Shown: one piece after another, positions 26,579-40,958 of the stretch | Position numbering within the stretch: the first letter of the stretch is position 1 | Layout: every line of letters starts with the position of its first letter | Assembly (NCBI RefSeq): GCF_037042905.1 | Contig: NC_087250.1 | Location: 20,648,001-20,712,000, forward strand | Direction: 5' to 3' | Source of the DNA: Lytechinus pictus | Lineage: Eukaryota | Length of the DNA stretch: 64,000 nucleotides | Program-made: the position numbers and the translations under genes | The notes under the pieces: generated by a model | The model's input: only the letters and a program-made list of their open reading frames with translations | Told to the model about the DNA's origin: nothing | Database searches by the model: none

Positions 26579-28244
26579 ATGGAGGAAGCCCTTATCCTAG
26601 AAGTGTAGGAAAATCCAATCCTGTATGACAAGAGATTGGAGATGTTCAAGGATACAGAAGTAAAAAAATGATGCATGACATGACATTGGGCGTCAGCTTG
26701 TAATCTCAGGTTGGTATCATTTTACGTCATATTAATTTTTTTCAAACTTCACGATTTTTTCACTATCAATTTGAAGAAAAATATTGAACAATGTAAAAGA
26801 GTTATATTTGTATGTGGATGTTTGAAAGCAAATCAAGTTCACAATCTAACAACTGTAGCTAACTTCTGGTTGTTGTAATTCAATGAATACCAACGGTAAG
26901 TTTTGGTCATTATGGCCATTTTTAAAATTGTTTGCACATGTGTAAAATAGTCTAGTGTAAAAAAAAAAACAAATTAAATGAGACACAAGAGCAAGGGTAT
27001 GTAAATGCAGAAAGCGACCTTGCTTTGTGATGTGGACCAAAAACTATATACCAACCCCACCTCTCAAATACGTAATATAAATATCACGTCACTTTTACAA
27101 GAAAAAAAAATGGAGGCAAAATTCTTTACTATCAAAAGCATGTTGTCCAATTTCACATTGAAATATTTCGGGGGGGGGGGGGAGTGGGTAGGGCTTGAAA
27201 TGAGTCATAAACAGAAATGAAAATTTTCAGAGGTTATAGGAATTAGATTTCGTGTTGTTTTTTTCATTATTTTAAGGTGACGTAGCGAGTTGAGGGACAA
27301 CTTCCTAAAAAACGACAGAAATGGAGAAGAAGAGTGGTGACGGAACTCCCTCAAATGCAGCACGTAAATACAAGTACAGTGAGGCAATGGAATTCCTACT
27401 TCCCCACATACATAATCGAGAGTAAGATATTCAATATTTTGTTTTCTTATCCCAGGGAAGAGAGAATATGTGTATATCAATTTGAATTCATGCAAAGAAA
27501 TGTATTTTATAAATATGAATTCTGATATTGTGCTGCACTTAACCCAGGTTTAGTTTCTGGGTTCTGACAGGAATTCCTTGCACTTTGCACTTTGTGCACT
27601 CTGCAGGGTGGATATGAGCGCTGTCATACAAACTATACAAATCATTTTGAATTATACATTGATGATTGGCTCATTCTCTCATGTTTACATTAACCTGTTT
27701 CCTGTAATTATACATCCACATTTTCATTCAATATGATTTATCATATTTGTACTTGACTACCTGTGTAAAATAGTACAGGTTAATGGGTGTTGCATTTCCT
27801 TGAAGTGAGAGCCATTTGCCTTCAGAAAAGTACCCTTAAAAAATATAATGTAATAAAATAAAACTTAAGATGTTTCGAATATTAATGAAGTAAAGAACAG
27901 ACAAACTGTATCGACTTGGTACATGAGAGTCGATTTTTTAGTATTCATTATTATGAGTAAAACATATGAAATAAATTTGAACATATGATTTTTCTGTCAA
28001 CAGAACAAGTTCAATCTTGGATCCTGTGTTTGATGTGGACACACCAGGAGAAGCCTGTACCAAACAGGAAGAAACTGAGCAGGAGAATGGTGACATCTGT
28101 CCACAACGTGGGTCAGGCTTCATCGTCATCGTCCTCAGGCACGTCCGCAACATCAGTCCAGTCTTCAAGTCCCAAATTCACTTCAAATCGAGGAGACAAT
28201 GTTGCAGTATTTTCAAAGCAGCGATAGTCATGGTGACAACATAA
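26579..28244 (+). pseudogene. Spliced MADF (Myb/SANT-like) DNA-binding gene of the Harbinger element, decayed
   Basis: Exon 26579-26709 MEEALILEV*ENPILYDKRLEMFKDTEVK/NDA*HDIGRQLVIS; exon 27277-27421 GDVA/ELRDNFLK/EMEKKSGDGTPSNAARKYKYSEAMEFLLPHIHNRE; exon from 28004 TSSILDPVFDVD...; GT-AG junctions in consistent phase; 3' end not resolved. Confidence 0.8.
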
Positions 28245-29479
28245 CTGTAGATCCATTTTTTTCCAGCTTGTCCCCCATTGTCCCACACTGTAAAAGTTAC
28301 CTCAATGCCAGCTCCATTGCAATGCGGTTAAATTTTGGTCTTCTGAACATTGAACATACTACTATAGGAATTAAAAGTTCTGTGTCTTCTAAATCTAAGT
28401 CGATTCCTATTGATGTGATAAACGTCTCACATGTTACAATTTAAGAATCCAAATATGTTTCGTAGATTAAAAAAAAAAGTTAACAGAAAATGTTCTAACT
28501 TGCTATGCTCCACCGCTAAAAAGAGAGCTGATATCTCGTTCCCTCTGACATCACTCAATATTCATCTGATTGTTAGCTAACAAAGGGACAGTGGTTTGCA
28601 GTTTGCCAGAGCTAACAACCTGTTAATAGTCTCAACATAAAAGATGCAATGTCAGACATGCAGCATCACCAACAAATGGAAAGCGATGTATATATGATTA
28701 CATCTGAATGACTTATGATAAATCCATATGAAATAAATCATAAAATGTGCTATTCTAATTTCCGCTTGAATTTTTCACTTTAACGTCTCTCATTGTTACA
28801 GTTGCAAGTCAGTCTCAATTTGCAGAAATTACGATTGTAAAGGATTATGATCTTCCTCTTTTGTAGATCTCGGAAATATCGGCTGAACATGTTCACCATT
28901 TATTAAAAATATATTTATTTCTTAAATTATACTTGAATTTAAAATCAGGATTTGTTCACAGATAAGAGAACTAGAGAAGATGAAAATTTTGCACATCACA
29001 GAAATTTGGTTCATGCAAATATTAACATGATTACTAGTAATGCACTATCAAATATCACCACATGCAACCAGTTACTGTGAAAATAAAAATGATGGGTACT
29101 GGACGGAACGTGGTACAGGTAATTTCTGGACTATTTTTTTTGGGGGGAAATAGATCTAGGATTGTTTGAAATATGACAAAATGTTACCAACTAAATTTTA
29201 TCTCTAAACAGAATGGCAATGACACTCCTGGGGCCTGTTTCATAGAGAGGTACAACTATCACAACTTTGTCTTTAATATGGCAACTACCATTATAATATG
29301 GCGCAACATCCAATTATAATTGTGGTTTCCATGGTAGTTGCCATAATGTTAAAGCACTTTTGAAATGGGCCCCTGGACATGAAGAATACTGACAAAAGAA
29401 AGTTGATGGTGAAATAAAAAGAATACATTTATCTTCAAGAAAGTTTTTGCCGCCCCATGCATTTTTTTTTGTTTATATA

Positions 29480-31268
29480 CAGTGCGTCCCAAAAAAAACT
29501 ATACACTTTTGAAATGGCTGCCAAATAAAAAATATAGCATTATGGGAATTTTTTTTTACATTTATGGAAAGCCAATAAAGTCAACTTTCAAATGACACCA
29601 AAAAAATTGGAAAACTGTTTATGCTTGAGCGAGCACTGCCAACTGAAACAAAGGGTATGAAAATTAGGGTGGGCTGGAATTAGCCTTCCAATTTATGTCA
29701 GTTTTTAAGAGGCAAATCCTTTCGAACTTGCAAAGTTAAGGGTGTTGTGATAAATTAATGATCAACCGTAACCAGTTTTGGTTGCTTTATGCAAATTCTA
29801 TAAATTATTAAATTGAACTTTAATGCATGAGTGAACACAAATTACACTTTTGGGGCAGCATTTCAACTTTATCATTTGGATCTCTTTTTGGGCAGCATTT
29901 CAACTTTATCATGTGGATCTCAGCAGTGTGTTCATGGGAGTCGGGAGAATAGGGGGTGAGATAGGACTTAAGTGGGAGAAGTAGGTTGATGGAATAAGGG
30001 TCAACAGAACATTCAGCCCCCGCCCCCTCCCTCTTTCCCGCCCTCCCCTCCTGTTGAGAGACTGATGGCTATTGTCATGCAAGCGTGAAGTCCAGAGCGG
30101 AATGTTGATTTAATGATTAATTCTGAATTGGGGCATCAACTTTTTCCTATCAATCATTTCATCAACAATTTATCAGTAAATCAACTCATTCAATGTGCAA
30201 TGTGATCAATCATACATTCAGTTTTTTTTCAATGAATTATTTCATTAATCATCATAATCATTAAATTTCTTGGTAATAATTCAATAAACAAGTGACCATC
30301 AGCCACCGGTCACTTGGCAGCTAAGTTTTGAATAGGCTACAATCCAGGAAGTGAGACAGAGAGGGGGGCTGGGAAATGGAGGTGGAGTGGGGAGGGTACA
30401 TAATTATGACTTTCAATTTGTAAAAGGACAAAAAGAAGAGGAATGCCCTTTTAACCAAGTCTTAGCATATCTCGCCCTCTTGCTTGTAACAGGTACCATC
30501 ACATTACTCTGACTCTCACGAACACACTTCTGAGGTCCACAAGACGAATATGCTACACTAAAATTACAATTTCTGTTCACTCATGCATTAAATTTCAATT
30601 TAGTAACTCATGAAATTTGCCTAAGAAACCAAAACTTATCTCACTCATTAATTTAGCTTAGCAAGTTCCAAAGGACTAATCACTCAAAAAAACTGTAAGG
30701 CTAATTCCTGCCCAGCCTAGCCGAGCTTAGTGTCTGAGGAGGAAAGAAGCGGGGCTGGGGGGTTGAGATGGAGGGAGGGGTTGCTAAATGTTCTGTTGAC
30801 CTCTATCCCATCAACGTACTTCACCTACCTAAGTCATATTACCCCCTCTTCTCCTGACTTTCATAAACACATTGTTGAGATCCACATGATAAAGACAAAA
30901 TGCTGCACAAAAAATTGCAATTCACGATCACTCATGCATTAAATTTCAATGTAATAAACGCATTAAATTTTCACAAACAACAAACTATCACAACTGATCT
31001 TTAATTCACCAAAGAACCCTCAACTTTGCAAGTACCAAACAAAAAACCTGAAAGAAATTGGAAGGCTAATTCCGGCCCACCCTAATTTTCATACCCTTTG
31101 TTTCAGTGGGCAGTGCTCGCTCAAGCATGAATAGTTTTCCAACTTTTTGGTGTCACTTGAAAGTTGACTTTATGGGCTTTCCATATCTATAAGTTATTTC
31201 CCCCAAAGTGCTATATTTTTTATTTGGCAGCCATTTCAAAAGTGTATAGTTTTTTTTGGGACGCACTG
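29480..31268. mobile_element. Tc1/mariner-like non-autonomous element nested in Harbinger
   Basis: TA TSD, CAGTG termini, >200-bp inverted arms that continue degenerately inward; no transposase ORF seen. Confidence 0.85.
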
Positions 31269-31527
31269 TATATATATATATCGTTTTATTTTTTTCTGTA
31301 ATAAATTCATGAGTATCACTTTTATTTTCAACAACAAATATAATGTAGAGTACTGATTGTTCACAGATAGACCTCGAGCAATCAGTCATTAACAAGCAAA
31401 CAGCTAGGAGAAGAAGAACCTAAAATTTAATTGGAGCTGAACTAAACTCAAAGTAAAGATGTCGACAAAATGAAGTCCAGTGTTGCTCTGATTTATTGGG
31501 CCAGACCTCACTTGGCATTGATTTTAA

Positions 31528-32087
31528 AGAACAAGTCCACCCCAACGAAAAAGTTGATTTAAATAATAAAAACAAAAAATCCAACAAGCATAACACTGAA
31601 AATATCAAAGTCCGATGTAAAATAAGAAAGTTATGATATTTTCGCTTGATTAAAAAAAAAAACAGTTATATACACATCCTGATCGGTATGCAAATTAGGA
31701 GTCTGATGACGTCATCCCTTCACTATTTGTTTTGTATTTTATTATATGAAATGTAATTTTCTTCGCATTGTCAAGAGAAACAATCAATTCCTCCCTGAAC
31801 ATATAGAATTAGCATTGGTTCAGCCAAGTTGGTCCTTGTCAAATAAATGAAAAATTGTATTTTTCAAACAATAAAAAAAAGAAATAGTGAGGGACATCAT
31901 GAACCGTCTATTTGCATGTCACTGAGGTGTGCATATCACTCTATTGTGAAAATAAGCGAACTTTAAAATGTCATAACTTTTTTATTTTACATCCGATTAT
32001 GCATGAAATTTTTCAGTATTATGCTATAGTTTGACTTTTTTTCTTCTATTTATTCAAATCAACAGTTTTCTTGGGTGGATTTGACAT
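31528..32087. mobile_element. TTAA-targeting (Kolobok-like) non-autonomous element nested in Harbinger
   Basis: TTAA both sides; imperfect TIR agaacaagtccaccc; same family as 40959-41551. Confidence 0.8.
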
Positions 32088-34147
32088 TTAAACAAATAAT
32101 ATACCGTATTCGAATATGTTCAGAAATAGTTTCGTATAATAAATTTGACTAATAGAAACAGTGAGAATAGAAGAATCCAGAAAAGTGGGAGAACTAAGGG
32201 TGAAAAGTGAACCAATGAGCATGAGGTAGGATGATATGAATGAAGAAGAATGTTCTGAATATAAATGAGAAGACAATAGAAACATGTGGAGTTGGAATGG
32301 CAATAGAATGTGATGTATAAACTAAGGAATGAGATAACAGGTGACAATGGCAGAGAATGGAAAAAGAAGTATAACAAAAAGGGTAAGATAAAAAGATTAA
32401 TCATGACAAAATTCAACATTTAAATAAAACGACCCATTCCCGTATAGACGAGTGAATAAAATATAGGAATTTTGTGTCTGTCCAATGAGCAGTCCGTCAG
32501 ATTGATTGAGGCTTCTTGGTGGAATTCAAGACAAGATTAATTTATACATAGATACACGAAAACCCTTAAAATTACTTCTTGCCACGCCTGAAGCAGGCTT
32601 CTTTGCCTTGGGTTTTCCTGGGTACATCGGACGGTTTTTGCCTGCCGTACGGCATCCGAACACGGCTTTATTGCCGTGCCGTGGGGCAGTGGAAACTGGA
32701 AAACGGCACGACGTGCCGCATGCCGTGCCGGAATGCCGTGCACGGTCGCCGTGCCGGATGCGGTGTAAACGGGCCTTAACAGTGTTTGTGTGTGGTTGCA
32801 GGAGGTGGCACACGAAAAAAAATCCTTGCCAAACCCAAGGTCTATCAGTTATCCTTTTGTTCCATTCATTTCATTTCATTTCATTTTTGGAGCTGTTCTG
32901 TATGCAGCTGAACAATCCTTTTGTCTGAAAGTGCATCGTCACATATTTTTCCCAAGGATTGATCATGTTGATCGTGATTGGTCGGTTCATATATCACGTG
33001 GATGCACTTATCAAATAACGCTATACAGACTTAGTCTTGCAGGATCAGACCCTCGTTTTCGCAATTCGCACAGTGCGTAATGCAGAGTCTGAAGTAATGA
33101 GACTAGATTCACTATGTACTGTGGACGGCTCTTACTTGACACAGACAGAGCCTTTGACGTCTAGTCTTTACTCTAGACATGGTATAATTTGTTAAAGTAT
33201 CAAATATGAGTCTGTGTTTGCAGACTAATAGAGACTGGGGAAAACCAGAGATGGGGGAAAACCAGGGCTGGGGAAAACCCACGTTGAATTCAATTAGCGC
33301 CGAATGAATTGCTTCTATTGACAAACCTTGTATTACAAAGCAGACCCCTCCTACGTGCTCTAATAAATTTATCAAAGAGAATGTATTAGGAGCATAAAAA
33401 CATGCGGAATTCTATTAGATTTCGCCTACAAATATTTGAAATACACCCTTTTTACACAAACATGAACAAATTATTATGAGAGTCACGGACCATGGGCTAA
33501 ATATTTTTCGATTTAGTATGATCAATTTGAAAAACCTGTTGGAAATTTCACAGGTGCTAGCTTACAAGGGAACTGAATCAAACTCCACAATTAAAAGGAA
33601 ATAAGATAATGTTACACATAATCAAACTAGAATCAATAAGAATATTGAGGTTTTTATTAATCTTACGACATAACAAAACAATAATCATACATAATCACAA
33701 GACTGTGCAACATCAAAGAACAATAATCAAAAGTTAATCAAACAAACAAACTAGAAAAAGTACAAGACAAAAAACCTCAGAAGAATATTTACCACTTTAA
33801 GATAACTCTGGTGGTTTTGATTAAATATAAATTATAAGAATCAGAATATATTTTCAACAGGGGACCATTTCCTAAAGTGTATATTTTCTTTTTGCCGTTG
33901 TTAGCAATAACAAATTAAATACGTCTGATCTTGGAAATAAACACTACAAGCCCAACTAAAGTTAGCAATGAATTCTTGCATCTCTGAATATAAATGTATC
34001 TCTTGAATAAAATGATTGTGTGATTTGATAACGTTTTATGTGGTCCTTTCTAATCTTTTATGAATCCAAAAATCATCCTCCTTTGAGTTAGATCTTTATA
34101 ATATCACCAACAAATTTACACACATCTTATAAAAGCTATAGTCTTAA

Positions 34148-34650
34148 AGGACAAAAAGAGAAAAATCAAACAAGCATAAAAATGAAAAATGTCATCAGAA
34201 TTGGTTGCAAAATAAGAAGGTTATGACAATTTAAAGTTTCGCTCATTTTTCCATAAAACAGTAATATGCAAATGAGACAGTCAATGATGTCCATCACTCA
34301 CTATTTTTTTCATTCTTTTTTTATTGTTTGAATTATACAATACCAAGTTGACTGAAACATATCGTATTAAATAATACTAATTCCACATGTTTAGGGAGGA
34401 ATAAACTGTTGTTTCACTTGACAATGGGGAGAAAATTGGAATATTTCATATTCATATAATAAAATACAAAAGAAACAGTGATATGATGACGTAAACATCT
34501 CCTCATTTGCATACCGACCGGGATGTGAATATAACTGTTTTGTGATATTAAGCAAAACTTTAAAATGTCATGACTTTCTTATTTTACATCCGATTTTGAT
34601 GAAATGTTCAGTGTTATGCATGTTGGATTTTTTTCTTTTTATTCAAATCG
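34148..34650. mobile_element. Truncated TTAA (Kolobok-like) element inside the L1/Tx1
   Basis: ttaa|aggacaa start; long inverted arms like 40959-41551; right terminus missing. Confidence 0.7.
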
Positions 34651-35260
34651 ACCAATAAGTCTTTAGCAACCTTACAATCATAAAGAAAATGTACAGGGGT
34701 TTCAACAGAAGTCTCACAACAAGTGTATGATTCTGACTCCACTTTCATTTTGAATAGTCTCTTAATTATGTACATACTATCATGTAACATTTTAAACTGC
34801 AGACACAAAGTTTAACATTTAGTATTGCACATTGAAATTTGATAATTTGTGGCCACTCCTTCTGTACGCCATATTTCTTTGAAAACAAAGGCTCACAGTC
34901 AGGTCTTTCAATGTGTTAGCTAACCAGATCAATAAAAACATTTCTATATAGTTTTCAAGTTGTGAATTTCGGCTGCCAAAAGCTCAAACTGATTTTCTTT
35001 ATAATCTCTTTTATCCAAAAACATTTGTAATAGTGTTTGATTAAATATAATCCCCCTTTTCTTCTCACTATTATCGCAAATATATCATATAATATTTACA
35101 TGACACTCCCTCTTTCCTTCTAAAGTCAAAAGACAATGATTCCCTGTTAATCAAATAAGTGATATACATAAAAAAACCCTGCTTCATGCATGACTTTACA
35201 ATAAACTGATGTGTTATCAAGAAGGATATACTGATTGTTCAAAACAATTCGACTGAGTAT

Positions 35261-35498
35261 CATTGGCGGCGGAAGCCCAAAATATAGGGGGGTCCACCTG
35301 AAATTTTGGGATGGACACAGGTAAAAAATTTGACAAGCAAAAAAAAAGGTTATTAACCTAAGTTTTAGGGGGTACCACCAACATTTTGTGACAAACCAAA
35401 AAAAAGAAAAAAAAAAAATTATAGGGACCGCTCCCACCTCAAATTTAGGGGGGGGGGGGACAGGACCCGTCCCCCCCCCCCCGCTTTTGCCGCCTATG
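35261..35498. mobile_element. hAT-like MITE inside the L1/Tx1
   Basis: 8-bp TSD ctgagtat (35253-35260, 35499-35506); TIR cattggcggc / gccgcctatg. Confidence 0.9.
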
Positions 35499-35759
35499 CT
35501 GAGTATACTTCCTTGGGCACCCTGATCATCAATAAATTCAGTATGTAAATTTGTCTTTGACCATGCTAAGAATAAATTACGATAAAACATATGAATTCCA
35601 AATGACTTCAGATGGTCCAAGCAGTAATTAGTCATACAAATCAATTTTCCACCAAATGTTTACAATAGTAATAACGAAAAACTTCCAATGATGATCAGAT
35701 TCTTAAAATATCCACTTAACCAGTAGTGCTTCTATCATGCATTTTAATTTTCTGTTAAA

Positions 35760-36190
35760 TCTAGTCCATCATTAAATGTTTTTAAAAGGAGATATAAAAC
35801 CCAACCTCTCAGTAAATATTCAAATAATGTATGATCAGGTTTTTTTTTTTTTTTAAGTAATTATCGTTGATATATATATATTTATAAATAATGTCATTGC
35901 GTTATAATTTGTATTTTCCCCTTTTATGTTCAATGTTTATATCTGGTATTCAAGTATTTACCACATCATGTATTTTACAATATCATATATATAGTTTCCA
36001 GATTTTCTAAAGGTGGCAGCGCTAATAAGGCTTTCCCTTTCTAGTTGCCTCCTCATTCATTTATAAATCATGTAACTGTTTCCCAGATTTTATCATTGTA
36101 ATATCTGCAATTTTCCCATGTAATTTATGTAAACTTTGTATGTGCCTTGTATTTGTTTTTATGATGAATGGAATAAATGCTATCAAATAT
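35760..36190 (+). mobile_element. 5'-truncated 3' end of a CR1/L2-group LINE inserted in the L1/Tx1
   Basis: SPSLNVFKRRYK C-terminal peptide, AT-rich UTR with stem-loop ~36010-36053, AATAAA; L1 sequence appears to resume after it. Confidence 0.55.
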
Positions 36191-37562
36191 CTAATTTAGG
36201 AAATTTAAGATCACCATCAACATTATCTGCACATTTTTTCTAGCTATCTTGTCTGGACCATTCTACATAAACTCAAACATCATATTTTTTAACGTTCTTA
36301 ACAGAATCATCAGGTATTTCAATATTTGAAACTGTATACATAATTTTAGACATGACAAAAGTTTTCAGCAGTTGGATTTTCCCTATCAAAGTCAACCCCC
36401 TATTTTTCCATCTCAAGAAAGTACATTTTATTTTTTCCAGTTTGTTATCAACATTCAGCTTCTTAACAACTTCCAGATCATATGAAAAATGAATGCCTAA
36501 AACGTTAACACCTTTGTCAGCCCATCGTATATCGCTTGGATTTTTCTCCTTTGTGTCTATCTTTCCCAATCCACATACCCTCTGTTTTTGTTTTAGTCAG
36601 ATGAAGACCAGACATCTTTGAGAATTCTTCAAAGTCAGTGAATATCATCTTCATTGATTGTAAATTACCAAGTTATGTCATCAGCACAGTCAAGCAGTAT
36701 ACTATATAGGTTCCCTTAAACCTCAAGAGACTGGATGTTATCATTATTATTATTAAGTCTTGCAAGAAAAGTTTCTAAGCTCAAGATAAACCGTAAAGGA
36801 GAAAGATACCCCTAGACACAGGAAAAAAATCAGTGGTAAATCAGTTCATCAATACACAGCTATATTTGAATGTAATGTTCTAACCCACTGTATAAACGAT
36901 GGCCCACAATTGAAATCTTCTTAAGAATTTAGTATAAATCTTGACATACTGAATCAAATGCTTTTGTTAATTCAAGGGCTAGCATAATTCCTCTTAATTT
37001 CTCTCCTTCGGTACAGTCTAAAAAGTCTAATATCAATATTATACCTACCTTTAATAAATGCGGGTTTAGATCAACTAACTCTCCAATAATCTTTGCTACT
37101 TTCCGAGCCAAGCATTTAGAAAGTGATTTAACATCAACATTATAAAGACTTATTGGACGCCAATTACCTAGAATATGTCTATCTCTATCAGGCTTAGGTA
37201 TGAGTTTAATAATACCCTGTCTTTGTGAAACAGATATTGTATCATTTTAAAATGCAAAAGTAAAAGAATTAACAACTTGTTTTGATATAAATGGCCAAAA
37301 TCTGTCAAAAAACTTTACGGTTGTACCATCGTTTCCAGGTGTTTTATTCCTGGCCATTTCTACAATTTCTGCTCTAGCATCATTTCAAGTGATATTACCT
37401 TCACACAAGTTCTTTTCATCGTCTGTATGTTGTTTAATATTACTGTCATCTATGTATTCTTTTCAAACCTCATCACCAACAGTATCATTATCCTCAAATA
37501 ATTTTTCATAAGATTTTTTAACGAAATGTTGTGAATTCTGATGGTCTATAATTCTGTTATCA

Positions 37563-37758
37563 CCCCCAAAAACTAGGGGGGGGGGGACGCAGGAAACAAA
37601 AATGACGAGCAAAAAAAAAAGGTTTTCAACCAAAATTTTTTGAAAAGCAAAAAAAAATAAAAAATAAAGGTTATCAACACAAAATTTAGGGGGGGGGGGG
37701 TCGTCCCCCACCTCAAATTTAAGGGGAGAGTGACCGTCCCCCCGTTCCCCCGCCTATG
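37563..37758. mobile_element. Truncated hAT-like MITE inside the L1/Tx1
   Basis: Right end cgcctatg as in 35261-35498; poly-G/C tracts; no TSD found. Confidence 0.6.
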
Positions 37759-40700
37759 CATCTGACATCAATACACCAATCAAATAATTCGCTGCATCAA
37801 AAGGCAAAAACATACTTGGTGCTCTTCTCTCTTTTTTCATACCACGTGCACCTTGACCTTATTATTGCTCCTTCTGCAAATATTATGTTGAACAACTCCT
37901 GTTCTTTTTCTTTTTTTCTTCTCTTGAAGACTTCTTCATTTAACTGGGCATCCTCTGCCTTTCTCTTCATTTCATTTTCTGAAACCTTTCTTTTCTCTTC
38001 TCTCTCACATTTCTTCTTCTTTGAGAATGGTATAGTAACTTATCTAATTCTAAATTCAAACCAATCCCATAACCCTCCTTTATCATTGCCATTTGGAAAG
38101 TTTTCATAAAAAACATTACATTAACCATGATTGTTTAAACTGCTAAACAACTAATGTAATGAAACAACAATGTATAGGATTATAAACAACATTTTTACTG
38201 TGTACCTTTTACAGTGGTAGTCGCGACTCCAGGACCATTCTATGAAGATTTAGAAAGCCATAGAAATTCCTTTTTTTCCGTTCCGGAGACCGTCATATTT
38301 GAGGTTCCCAGCCGCCCATACAGTTTCACATTAAACATGTTAAACCAGCGGATCAATGGTTTGATTTCATTTCACAATTGTATCATTGTATAAGTTGTGG
38401 AAATGTGTGTGTTTGTGTGCATCTAGGTGTAGGTGAGTGGGTGTTTGTGTATTTGTTTATTTATGGTGACACACATCCTGTGAGACATTTTTTCCGGATC
38501 GAGACCCCCATTTTCTGACATGGTCAGTTCCAGAGCATTGCATTTTTAGCAATCGTTGCTCCTGTATACACTTTTAGAAAATTTATCCTTAAAATAAAAG
38601 AAGTTCCTGCAGCAGAGTCTCGAGAACACCTGTAATCTTACCAGATTGCGTAATCTAACAGGAAATTGGTATTTGGTGTATGGAACCTTATAGATTTTCT
38701 TTCATAAAACACAATTTTCCCTTTTTAAACAGACCTGTTCTGTTAAAGTGCAGAAAAATTCCTGTCTTAAGAATTTACAGAATGATTCTGTTATTGCATT
38801 CTACAAAATCCTCTCTTTTTCTGTTAAATCAGGGTTTATCTTAACAGTGTAGGGTAGCTCCAAAGACCCCCGCTTTAAGACCAAGCTTTTGTCTCAGAAT
38901 CCCTCATTTTCGACTTTGGCGTGGCACATAGGAATCATTATACAGTAGCCCCTGCTGTTACTGGTCCATGCTAGTCATAATGGCATTGGAATGGCATTGA
39001 CAATGGCATGGGATATCACTTTGGTGGGGGAAGTGTGATATGCACACATATATAATACATTTGTTTTGGGGCTGCACCCAATTATCTTTAAAAAAAATGC
39101 TTTGATGTTTTTAGAAGTTTTGGTTTATTGTTGTATGTCCTTTGTGGTTTGTGAAGTTTGACAAATCGATAGATAGATAATTCTAATTTCACACGGTAAG
39201 TGTCCAATGAGATACAAAGTCTGATTTGCATCGGGGCCGTGCCATAACTGAAATCAAATAATACAAAGCAAAAGGCACCCAATCGAAATACATGAATAAC
39301 ATACCAAACATAATAATCATAATTCTTACCAGGTAGCAAAATACACATGGGTGAGTTTATATAAATAATTACACATTATCATTAAATGTAAAGTTAAAGA
39401 CAGACAAAGAAAAACACCTTCTGTATTAATGCACAATATAGATGAAGCAACATCACTATTGGGCAAGATATTACTCAGATACATATTTATAAACTGAGTC
39501 ATTTGAAGGGCTGCAATAATCCATGTATAACGACACTGCACACCCTCACGCACGTACCCTTGCACACTCACATCGGATAGACCTCCACCACACACACTCT
39601 TCTCAACATCCGTCATCATTAAGTCGCACCGGTATTGGGTAGAAAATCATGTAAAGGATAAACACAAAAATCTAACTAAGGCGAGATACCCCTCCCCCAC
39701 CAATTCGCCCATTTGTTATTCATTTCATTATATCAGCTAATAAAAGACCTTTTAAAACTAATACGTAGTATATCATTGTTGCAGTTGAATTGGGAGTGAG
39801 TTCCAGCATTGAGCCCCCTAAACATAAGTTTTCTTACCAGATCAGGGTTTTGCTTGGGGAATATTTAAAATTAGTGGACCTGACCGTGTATTATATGTAA
39901 GGCTGTAGAATAAAAATCTTTCAGCTAGCTATATCAGTGTCTGTCCTGTCGTCTTCAACATCAGTGTAGCAATGTTTTTTCCTCTATTTTGTTGAAGTGT
40001 TACCCATTTTAATTTACTTATATTTTCTTTGAAAGATGAGTACCGTCATATTTTATTTATTTATTTATTTATTTATTCAGTCTTATTTAAAAACAGGGTA
40101 ATCCTTTCAGAGCCAAGAGGCCTGCTTGATTCATTATTCGGGCTGCCCTACTTATTTTGAGGCTTTTGAAGAACCTTTCGATTAATTAACCCGCAGTTAC
40201 CACATACAGCGTCATAATAGTGAAAATGCTACATTATTAAGGAATAAACGATGATCAAGGTTATATCTATTTAATTAACTGAGTAACAATTTGTGACTAA
40301 CAGTGTCGAACGCTTTGCATTACAGCACATACGACATTCCCGTTATCAAGTATCCATGCAGTCATCGGTGATCGACAGTTGTCAGGGTTGAATTGAGTGG
40401 CCTAAAGCCTGTTTGGGAAGCATTCAATAGGGCCATTCTTGATGATGAAAATAATTGTATTGGATGGCTATATTTCATGGAATACCAGAAATATTCGACT
40501 CGTAAGGGCCTATTTCTGGTTTTCCATTCTGAGCCATCCAATATATAAATATTGCAGTGATATCTTTTCATTAACCTAAGGTGATGTGAAGAAAACTTGG
40601 TGACATATAAGTAATTTATTACGTCATGAAAAACAACATGCATCACCACAGTCAATTTATCTTGAAAATTTGGAATGTTCATACAAGCTCGATATAGCCA

Positions 40701-40958
40701 ACCAGTTCACTTTCTATTTTGTCAATATTGGTAAAAAGAAATATCAAAGTCACTGTCGAATTATCCGCACTCTTTTCAAAATTATGTTGTATTCCCAACT
40801 CATGAATCGTTCTTTATTAAACGTGCAACTGTTCATGAATTAATTTAAATGACTTGTTTCATTAAACTTTCAAAGGCTATTGGATCTTATGGTATATCAG
40901 CCAAAATTGTTAGAGAATGTATACATTGTATTGCTCAGCCGTTATGTAATATATTTAA

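Larger units (their letters stand above)
23791..32776 (+). mobile_element. PIF/Harbinger DNA transposon, ~9 kb, non-autonomous derivative
   Basis: 43-bp perfect TIR aggcccgtttacaccgcatccggcacggcgaccgtgcacggca; 3-bp TAA TSD (23788-23790, 32777-32779); subterminal GCACGGCA repeats; internal MADF gene remnant. Confidence 0.9.
33640..38110 (-). mobile_element. Decayed L1/Tx1-clade LINE (ORF2 remnants)
   Basis: Minus-strand peptides AEGAIIRSRCTWYEKREKSTKYVF, NKTPGNDG, SQRQGIIKLIPKPDRDRHILGNWRPISLYNVDVK, WKNRGLTLIGKIQLLKTFVMSK and C-terminal CxxxxETPVHFLYDC zinc-knuckle remnant; boundaries approximate. Confidence 0.88.

Noticed and set aside
26579..28244. Functional domesticated MADF host gene
   Set aside because: Stops at codon 10 and at a conserved Trp, several frameshifts, and it lies between intact TIRs
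32506..32928. Overlapping ORFs at the Harbinger right end as a transposase
   Set aside because: Arise from GC-rich TIR and subterminal repeats; no DDE motifs
33235..33281. Triple GGGAAAACC Rel/NF-kB-like sites
   Set aside because: Resembles a common retroelement-tail motif (ggaaaaccggag...gaaaaccc); no other support
35147..35644. 165-aa ORF as a host gene
   Set aside because: L1/Tx1 remnant read through a MITE insertion
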